From Bacteroidia bacterium (GTDB lineage: Bacteria; Bacteroidota; Bacteroidia; NS11-12g; UBA955): 32,686 nt of DNA. The position numbers and the translations under genes were made by a program. Positions within the stretch are counted from its first letter, which is position 1. Each line of letters starts with the position of its first letter. The notes beneath the pieces are model-generated. The model was not told the DNA's origin, made no database searches, and saw only the letters and a program-made list of their open reading frames with translations. The DNA lies in NCBI GenBank assembly GCA_023258655.1, contig JALQWO010000003.1, forward strand, positions 2,659 through 35,344, written 5' to 3'. Of the stretch, positions 26,797-32,686 are shown piece by piece.

Positions 26797-27735
26797 ATGA
26801 AAAAATTACTTCTATTGGCCGTTGTTGCTGCAAGTTTTGCAGGAATAATGCAGAGCTGTAAGCCCGACAATCCAGATGGTGGAAACGGCGGCGCTTCTTT
26901 GTCAGTGACCAACAAGCAGCGTTCATTCGTTGTGTATCACACTGCTACTTGGTGTGGTCCTTGTGGTCTGTACGCCATGCCTGAGTTCAAAAAATTGGTA
27001 ACCAACGCCAACCCTGACAACATCGTGGCTGTGGATTACCATTCTTCAAACTCTTCTAAGTTGGTTCCTTTGTGGATGAAGCCCAACAACGACACTTTGT
27101 TCATCGCACCTTTCGCATTCGAGTTGTTGACCACCGTGTCTAACATCAACACTTCTGGACAGTACTCTATCCCAACCTTTTGGTTGAATAACTCTTTGTT
27201 GGGAACTAGCACTGTGAAGTCTACCGACATCGAGAATGCTTCTGTTAGCGCAAACCAAATTGCCACTGAAGTGGGTGTTGCTGCGAGCGCTACTGCTAGC
27301 GGACAAACTTTGAACATCAAATACAAGTTGAAGGCATTTGCTCCTGAAGCGGGTGACTACTATGTATCAGTGTTCGTTGTAGAAAAGAAAGTTAACTGCT
27401 TACAGACTGTATCAGGTGCTGGTGATGTTGCCACAGACCACGAGCACGTAATCCGTGCTTCTGCTCAAGCCGATGCTTCTGGTAAGCCTGTAGCTTTCTC
27501 GACCTCTGCTATCATGAGCAGCCCTGCTGCCAACGCAGAAGTTGAAAAGTCACTTTCTTGGACTTACAGCGCAATTCCTCAAGCCGTAAAAGACAAATAT
27601 GCTACTTTCGGTTTGCCTTGGTGGAGCTGGAACCCTGCCAACACAGGTGTGGTTGTAGCTGTTTGGAGAAAAGTTACCGACAACCCTACAAAGCCTTGGT
27701 TCTTGATCAATGCTACTTGGGCTGACGTGAAATAA
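26797..27735 (+). CDS. Lipoprotein with a thioredoxin-type WCGPC motif (possibly Omp28-related thioredoxin-fold family)
   Basis: MKKLLLLAVVAASFAGIMQSCKP is a signal peptide with a lipobox. YHTATWCGPCGLYAMPEF contains a canonical Trx active site. Codon use is strongly biased (TCT, GCT, GGT, TTG, CCT, AAC, TTC), and a strong terminator follows. Confidence 0.85.
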   Translation: MKKLLLLAVVAASFAGIMQSCKPDNPDGGNGGASLSVTNKQRSFVVYHTATWCGPCGLYAMPEFKKLVTNANPDNIVAVDYHSSNSSKLVPLWMKPNNDTLFIAPFAFELLTTVSNINTSGQYSIPTFWLNNSLLGTSTVKSTDIENASVSANQIATEVGVAASATASGQTLNIKYKLKAFAPEAGDYYVSVFVVEKKVNCLQTVSGAGDVATDHEHVIRASAQADASGKPVAFSTSAIMSSPAANAEVEKSLSWTYSAIPQAVKDKYATFGLPWWSWNPANTGVVVAVWRKVTDNPTKPWFLINATWADVK

Positions 27736-27755
27736 TTTCACCGATAAAAACCTTT

Positions 27756-27796
27756 AAAAAGAGAGGGCCTCGTCTGCGACGAGGCCCTCTCTTTTT
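27756..27796. terminator. Bidirectional intrinsic terminator
   Basis: AAAAAGAGAGGGCCTCGTC / TGC / GACGAGGCCCTCTCTTTTT forms a perfect 19-bp stem (14-bp GC-rich core) flanked by an A-tract and a T-tract. It lies between the convergent lipoprotein and enoyl-CoA hydratase genes. Confidence 0.88.
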
Positions 27797-27867
27797 ATTT
27801 CATACAAACCATCAATCAGGACAGGACATACAGCCCAACGCCACTAAACCATTGGCACTGGAATCGT

Positions 27868-28647
27868 TTATTTTCCTTTGAAATCTGCTTTGCGCTTTTC
27901 CACGAATGCCGCCATTCCCTCTTTCTGATCTTCTGTGGCAAACAACATATAGAAATTCTTGCGCTCAAAATACAACCCTTCCTGCAAGTGACTATCGAAC
28001 GCCTTTAACACACTCTCCTTGGCCATTTGCACTGCGATGGGCGACTTACCCGCTATGTCAGAAGCCAACTTGATCGCCTCATCCAAATACAATTCTACAG
28101 GCACGATTTTATTGATCAACCCGGCTGCCTTCGCCTCCTCCGCCGTGATAAACTTTCCTGTCAACACCATCTCCATCGCCCTTACCTTACCAACAGCACG
28201 CGTCAATCGCTGTGTTCCACCCGCACCTGGCATCACGCCGATGTTGATTTCGGGCTGACCAAATTGCGCCGTTTCACTGGCCACAATCATATCGCAGAGC
28301 ATACACAACTCACAACCGCCACCCAAGGCAAAGCCCGATACCGCAGCCACAATGGGTTTCTTTGTTTTGCGAATGCTATCCCAAGTACTGAACTGATCGA
28401 TTTTCAACATATCGATGGCCGTTCTTCCTGCCATCTGTTTGATATCAGCACCCGCTGCAAAAGCCCGCTCATTGCCAGTAATCACAATGGCTCTCACCGA
28501 ATCGTCGTTGTCTAAAACCTGCAACGCATCGCGAATCTCTCCCATCAACTGCAAATTGAGCGCATTCAATTCTTTCGGACGGTTCAACTGAATCTTCGCA
28601 ACGTAAGGAGCCACTTGGGCATCCACCAAAATAAATTCGTACGACAT
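27868..28647 (-). CDS. Enoyl-CoA hydratase (crotonase family)
   Basis: 259 aa. Contains LNRPKELNAL, ITGNERAFAAGADIKQM and GFALGGGCELCMLCD. Confidence 0.92.
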   Translation of the reverse strand: MSYEFILVDAQVAPYVAKIQLNRPKELNALNLQLMGEIRDALQVLDNDDSVRAIVITGNERAFAAGADIKQMAGRTAIDMLKIDQFSTWDSIRKTKKPIVAAVSGFALGGGCELCMLCDMIVASETAQFGQPEINIGVMPGAGGTQRLTRAVGKVRAMEMVLTGKFITAEEAKAAGLINKIVPVELYLDEAIKLASDIAGKSPIAVQMAKESVLKAFDSHLQEGLYFERKNFYMLFATEDQKEGMAAFVEKRKADFKGK

Positions 28648-28666
28648 GTCGCGAAGTTACTAGTTT

Positions 28667-29239
28667 CTATTTGTTCATCACACCACGTGGAAGCAACTGC
28701 TTCTCAAAAACCCAAACCATGCACCATGCAATCCCCAATCCCAATAACGCACCGAAAAACACATCCCCCACATAATGCACTCCCAAATAGACCCGAGAAT
28801 AGGCAATGGCCGAGGCCAAATACATCAATCCCAAACGCCAACGACGGCCCAACCCCAACAGGGTCATGGCTGTGGCAAACACGGCAAATGCATTGGCGGC
28901 GTGACTGCTCACAAAACCAAATCTACTCCCCGGAGGCCCATCTGGAAGGCGAGGGTTTAACGATTGCTCAAAGGCTGGTCTCACCCTTGCAAAGCCGGGT
29001 TTGAGAATGCGCGAACTGATACTATCGGCCAAACCAAAAGAAGCCAGAGTTAGCAAAATAGGCATCCAACAAGCCTTGCCAAATCGCTTGACAAACAGCA
29101 TCAAAAACAAAAGATATAAAGGCACAAATGCCCATTTACTGCTCAAAAAAATCATCAGTCGATCCATGGCAGGGAACGCCCAACGCTGATTGATCAGCAC
29201 AAACAGATCACGGTCGATAAAATCCAACAGAAACAACAT
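28667..29239 (-). CDS. PAP2-family lipid phosphatase (phosphatidic acid or undecaprenyl-diphosphate phosphatase type)
   Basis: The three PAP2 motifs are ILKPGFARVRP, SFVSSH and SRVYLGVHYVGD. The tracked start at 29242 is TTG, and the next codon (29239) is ATG. Confidence 0.88.
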   Translation of the reverse strand: MLFLLDFIDRDLFVLINQRWAFPAMDRLMIFLSSKWAFVPLYLLFLMLFVKRFGKACWMPILLTLASFGLADSISSRILKPGFARVRPAFEQSLNPRLPDGPPGSRFGFVSSHAANAFAVFATAMTLLGLGRRWRLGLMYLASAIAYSRVYLGVHYVGDVFFGALLGLGIAWCMVWVFEKQLLPRGVMNK

Positions 29240-29251
29240 CAATGGCGAAGA

Positions 29252-29977
29252 TCAACTTTTCTGGGAAATCACCACAATGCGCGGCGAAGTTTTCGCTTCA
29301 AACACACCCAATTGGTCGTCGCCAAAAACATCCAACACTTGCAATCCCGCCTGAACATGCAGTTGCAATAGCGTTTCACTATCGAATATTCTCACTTGCT
29401 CTTGAAATACATGGGTTTTGTCGCCATCCGTCACCACGATGTCTTTAATGATATGGCTTTCTGTGCGATGTTTTCTCGTTTTGAATCCATAGCCACCGCG
29501 CTCCAAAGTTGCCACTTGTGGCAAATCGTCGAGCACCGAAGCTGCGTTCAAATAATCTTGTACCACATAACCTCCCGGCTTGCAGGCCGCTGCCATGTTC
29601 CTCAAAACTTGAGCATCCTCGGCGGGATCGTCGAAGTACCCAAAGGACGTGAAAACATTGAAAACTGCATCCATGCCGGAAACGGGAAAGGGCTGTCGCA
29701 TATCATGAACCAAAAACTCAGCCCCTTCAACACCCAGACCATTGGCGATACCGACGCTGTTCTCGCTCAAATCAAATCCGCAAACGCGCAAACCACGGGC
29801 GGCCAAATGTGCACTGTGCCTACCTTTGCCACAAGCCACATCCAATACATTCATCCCAGAATCGAGCTTCAAATGCGCCAACAATCGATCAATAAATGCC
29901 GCAGCATCAGCATCATTGCGATGCTGGTAAAGGGCGTGATAGTAAGACGTATCAAACCAAGATTCAAACCATTTCAT
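29252..29977 (-). CDS. Class I SAM-dependent methyltransferase
   Basis: VLDVACGKGRHS is SAM motif I, and there is an acidic loop DLSE. I chose the start at 29977 (MKWFESWFDTSYY) because a perfect TACCTTTG box (29999-30006) lies downstream of the tracked ATG at 30022. Confidence 0.85.
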   Translation of the reverse strand: MKWFESWFDTSYYHALYQHRNDADAAAFIDRLLAHLKLDSGMNVLDVACGKGRHSAHLAARGLRVCGFDLSENSVGIANGLGVEGAEFLVHDMRQPFPVSGMDAVFNVFTSFGYFDDPAEDAQVLRNMAAACKPGGYVVQDYLNAASVLDDLPQVATLERGGYGFKTRKHRTESHIIKDIVVTDGDKTHVFQEQVRIFDSETLLQLHVQAGLQVLDVFGDDQLGVFEAKTSPRIVVISQKS

Positions 29978-29998
29978 ACCCACATTCAAAATATTTAT

Positions 29999-30006
29999 CA
30001 AAGGTA
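29999..30006 (-). promoter_or_regulatory. -7 promoter box TACCTTTG for the methyltransferase / PAP2 / enoyl-CoA hydratase unit
   Basis: Perfect TAnnTTTG on the minus strand, 21 nt upstream of the ATG at 29977. Confidence 0.45.
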
Positions 30007-30007
30007 A

Positions 30008-30034
30008 TGTAACTTTAGGCATCCCTTTCGCGTA
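30008..30034 (+). promoter_or_regulatory. Candidate ECF-type autoregulatory promoter TGTAAC-N17-CGTA
   Basis: TGTAAC at 30008-30013, a 17-nt spacer and CGTA at 30031-30034, 15 nt before the sigma-factor ATG. It resembles the AAC-N16/17-CGT architecture of group IV sigma promoters such as B. subtilis SigW and SigX. Confidence 0.4.
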
Positions 30035-30049
30035 TTAACAAACAGCTGC

Positions 30050-30541
30050 ATGACGGTATCGGAATATAACAAGTGCGTGGATCTCCACAGCAGTGCGGTT
30101 TTCCGATTCGCGCTCAAACAGTTACGCAACCCCGATGACGCGAAAGAAATTGTACAAATAACCTTCGAAAAACTTTGGATGAAACGCAACACAGTTAACA
30201 TCGATACCGCCAAGAGCTATCTGTTCACAACGGCCTATCACAGCATGGTGGACACTTGGCGCGGACAAAAACCCACAGAAGACATTGACAATTTGTCACC
30301 CGCAAAACACCCCACCACCGAAGCTTCAGCGTACACCGGTTTGATGGAATCCTTGGAAAAAGCCCTGGAAGAAATCAGCCAAATTCAACGGACTGTGATT
30401 TTGTTGCGCGATTATGAAGGCTATTCTTATTCAGAAATTGGGGAAATCACCGGCCTCAATGAAGCCCAAGTCAAAGTAAACATTTTTCGCGGGCGTCAAG
30501 CACTCAAAGAAATCATTGGCAACCCAAACAACCTCATTTAA
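30050..30541 (+). CDS. ECF (group IV) RNA polymerase sigma factor
   Basis: 163 aa. Region 2 is AVFRFALKQLRNPDDAKEIVQITFEKLW...YLFTTAYH. Region 4 is VILLRDYEGYSYSEIGEITGLNEAQVKVNIFRGRQALK. Confidence 0.92.
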   Translation: MTVSEYNKCVDLHSSAVFRFALKQLRNPDDAKEIVQITFEKLWMKRNTVNIDTAKSYLFTTAYHSMVDTWRGQKPTEDIDNLSPAKHPTTEASAYTGLMESLEKALEEISQIQRTVILLRDYEGYSYSEIGEITGLNEAQVKVNIFRGRQALKEIIGNPNNLI

Positions 30542-30546
30542 ACACC

Positions 30547-31398
30547 ATGGAACCATCGAAAATCTCCGAAGAGCAAGAATGGCAATTGTTTGAATTGTTG
30601 GAAGGCAACCTATCTGAATTTGCCGCAGCGGAATTACACCGAACACTGCAGCATGATGCAACACTCAAGGCACATTACAACGCTTTGGCCCAAACCTATT
30701 TGAAACCCAGCATCACCCATTACCCCGATGCCCCTTCCTTGAAAAAGCAGCATGTAAACCGCAAGGTTCTATTCTATGTATCTTTTTCAGCCGCAGCCGC
30801 ATTGGCCATACTCTGGATTTTCCGTCCAACCGTTTCTACACACATCCAGACCCCTCATAACATCGCTACGCATGCTGCCAACCCGTCCTCCGATAAATCC
30901 ACGCCCAGAACCTCCGAATCTCAACCTTGGACCGTAGATCACGATCGCCAAGAAAACAAAAAAGGTCGCGCAATATTGGCACAGCTTTCAGAATCGACCC
31001 AAAATGGAAATTTGGCAGGCCTAAAACCGGAGGAGCACAACGAAAACGGGGTACATCCCTTGATTTTGGCCACAGAACCCATTCGTAAAGTTAAGAATGT
31101 CAACGACAGCAGCTTCCGAAGAGGCACTGAAATATTGGCCACACAAAACAACGCCAACACCAGCAACAAACCGATTACTCACGAGGAGATCCAAACAGCC
31201 ATCGCCCAGCGCACACCCAAAACCAAAAAAGAATTGTTGAAATCCTTCTATCAGGACGCAAGAAGAATGGTCGAAAACGGTCATCTCCCCCATATCAACG
31301 TGAAAACAGTGAACAAAGACCAAGATTGGATACCTGAATTCCAAGTGGGACTCACCCTGGAAAACAACGTCATTTTAACCTCATTTAATCCCGAATAA
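30547..31398 (+). CDS. Putative single-pass anti-sigma factor (no zinc-finger motif) with a low-complexity periplasmic region
   Basis: It starts 5 nt after the sigma gene. It has an N-terminal helical region of about 55 aa, one TM segment (VLFYVSFSAAAALAILWIF) and a polar tail rich in N, T, P, K and E. The assignment rests on position and topology only. Confidence 0.55.
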   Translation: MEPSKISEEQEWQLFELLEGNLSEFAAAELHRTLQHDATLKAHYNALAQTYLKPSITHYPDAPSLKKQHVNRKVLFYVSFSAAAALAILWIFRPTVSTHIQTPHNIATHAANPSSDKSTPRTSESQPWTVDHDRQENKKGRAILAQLSESTQNGNLAGLKPEEHNENGVHPLILATEPIRKVKNVNDSSFRRGTEILATQNNANTSNKPITHEEIQTAIAQRTPKTKKELLKSFYQDARRMVENGHLPHINVKTVNKDQDWIPEFQVGLTLENNVILTSFNPE

Positions 31399-31408
31399 TT
31401 CAAATCGT

Positions 31409-32329
31409 ATGATACAAAAAACCATCATCGCAACCCTGTTGGCCTTTCTCAGCGGAACACCCTTGCTGCGTTCCCAATCCATTGACACCGTCCATGTTGA
31501 CACCCTCCTTTCGGTCACCGATAGTCTGATCTCAGCGGTGATTGAGGAAATCAAAAAAGAAATCAAAGACGAAGCGGCGGAAATGAAAATCGACATCAAA
31601 GACGGCATGAACGACATTCACATTGAAATTATCGATCGCGACACCTATCACATCGTAAGACGGCCTCGCAAACCCAAAGCCACCATCGAAGAAACCAGAC
31701 AGTATTGGGGTTATAATTCCCAAATGACTGACCCAGGCAGTATGATAATCACACCCAATCAGTTGGGCGTTCAATCCAACTATTTGCCCGAATTGGACAA
31801 TGCGAAGAGTATCCATTTTGGAATCGAACAACTGTGGGGCTTTAACCTTATTCGAGGCAAAGTGCGGATTTTCACTGGGGTGCGCTACGACATACACAAC
31901 TACCGTTTTCAAAACGAGTTCACCCGAATCACAGAGAATCAACCCGAGTTTACCGCCATTCAAGTGGGTGGTCCACTGATTGATCCCATTCCCGTAGAAA
32001 AATCCAAATTGGTGGTAAACTACATCGGGGTACCCGTGGCCCTCGGATTCCAAGATCGTCCGGGCGACAATTCAAAATTTAGCGCCAAAGTGGGTGTGCA
32101 TACCGGATATAGGGTTAGAACCCACACAAAAATCAAAGAAACAGGAGGCAACGTAGAAAAACAGTTCGACGATTTCAATATGAATGACTTTTATATGTCG
32201 CCCTTCGTCAACATCAATTATGGCGATGTGGGACTCTACCTGCGTTACCCCATGACAGACCTATTCAAAAAAGACCAAGGGGCCAGCACCCAATCCTTAC
32301 AATTTGGCATCACGCTGAAGATGAGCTAA
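31409..32329 (+). CDS. Putative outer-membrane beta-barrel protein (OMP_b-brl_2 / PorT-like) with a charged helical N-terminal segment
   Basis: The signal peptide is MIQKTIIATLLAFLSGTPLLRSQ. A K/E-rich stretch reads EEIKKEIKDEAAEMKIDIKD. Alternating amphipathic strands follow (VNYIGVPVALGF, KVGVHTGYRV, VNINYGDVGLYLRY, LQFGITL). Confidence 0.65.
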   Translation: MIQKTIIATLLAFLSGTPLLRSQSIDTVHVDTLLSVTDSLISAVIEEIKKEIKDEAAEMKIDIKDGMNDIHIEIIDRDTYHIVRRPRKPKATIEETRQYWGYNSQMTDPGSMIITPNQLGVQSNYLPELDNAKSIHFGIEQLWGFNLIRGKVRIFTGVRYDIHNYRFQNEFTRITENQPEFTAIQVGGPLIDPIPVEKSKLVVNYIGVPVALGFQDRPGDNSKFSAKVGVHTGYRVRTHTKIKETGGNVEKQFDDFNMNDFYMSPFVNINYGDVGLYLRYPMTDLFKKDQGASTQSLQFGITLKMS

Positions 32330-32370
32330 GACATTCCACATAGGCTATTTATGTTGGTTTAACCGATCAG

Positions 32371-32396
32371 AGCCCCGTCGATGACGGGGCTTTTTT
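32371..32396 (+). terminator. Intrinsic terminator after the ECF module
   Basis: AGCCCCGTC / GAT / GACGGGGCT forms a 9-bp stem followed by TTTTTT. Confidence 0.85.
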
Positions 32397-32420
32397 CGTG
32401 AAACACCCGCGCGTTTTTCG

Positions 32421-32428
32421 TATCTTTG
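32421..32428 (+). promoter_or_regulatory. -7 promoter box TATCTTTG upstream of menB
   Basis: Perfect TAnnTTTG, 17 nt upstream of the ATG at 32446. Confidence 0.5.
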
Positions 32429-32445
32429 CAGTAATCAAAAAAGCC

Positions 32446-32686
32446 ATGAGTCAACGTCAATGGACCCCCATCAAAACCTACTCTGACATCCTGTTTGAAC
32501 AGCACGGAAACATCGCCAAAGTCAGCATCAACCGCCCCGAAGTGTACAATGCCTTCCGTCCACAAACGGTCATGGATATGCTCGATGCCTTTGATGTGTG
32601 TCGCGAACGGGCCGACATCGGCGTGGTCATCCTCACCGGTGTGGGAGACAAAGCCTTCTGTTCAGGCGGGGATCAAAATGTAAAAG
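32446..32686 (+). CDS. menB: 1,4-dihydroxy-2-naphthoyl-CoA synthase, N-terminal part (runs off the window end)
   Basis: Hand translation gives [80 protein letters not shown], a typical MenB N-terminus. It is not in the ORF track because no stop falls inside the window. Confidence 0.9.
   Translation, partial: MSQRQWTPIKTYSDILFEQHGNIAKVSINRPEVYNAFRPQTVMDMLDAFDVCRERADIGVVILTGVGDKAFCSGGDQNVK

Noticed and set aside
26797-27735. Atypical codon usage as evidence of horizontal transfer
   Set aside because: GC content is not visibly different from the neighbours. The same codon preferences appear in ahcY, so expression-linked bias is the simpler explanation.

Overview
This 32.7 kb window looks like a chromosomal segment of a Bacteroidota genome. 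The evidence is type A and type B T9SS C-terminal sorting domains, a 287-aa primary sigma factor, recurrent TAnnTTTG promoter boxes and no Shine-Dalgarno sequences. Lineage cannot be resolved further by eye. Coding density is high and most genes are housekeeping: moeA (partial), moaA, parE, ahcY, a dedA-family gene, aroE, feoAB, rpoD, mnmA, adk, an enoyl-CoA hydratase, a PAP2 phosphatase, a methyltransferase and menB (partial). Accessory content is embedded between them. (1) A compact four-gene operon (21879-25144) encodes an SpsF-type cytidylyltransferase, a NANS-like NeuB synthase, a KdsC-type phosphatase and an uncharacterised 311-aa protein with sialyltransferase/Maf-like motifs. A convergent Wzx-like flippase and a WCGPC lipoprotein with expression-type codon bias sit next to it. 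I consider this the best candidate for an undescribed system: a KDN or sialic-acid-like glycan capping module with an unknown transferase. (2) A 1502-aa PKD-repeat adhesin carries a type B T9SS sorting domain. It may share a long minus-strand transcription unit with a small type A T9SS cargo, a vWA membrane protein and mnmA. (3) An ECF sigma, putative anti-sigma and outer-membrane beta-barrel trio has an ECF-type promoter. Other observations are a set of perfect TAnnTTTG boxes only 5-6 nt from start codons (implying leaderless mRNAs), an untracked 49-aa Cys-rich lipoprotein ORF, and GC-rich terminator hairpins that share a core and show compensatory changes. I saw no rRNA, tRNA, CRISPR array, IS element or prophage. 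All homology calls come from motif recognition and memory, not from searches.
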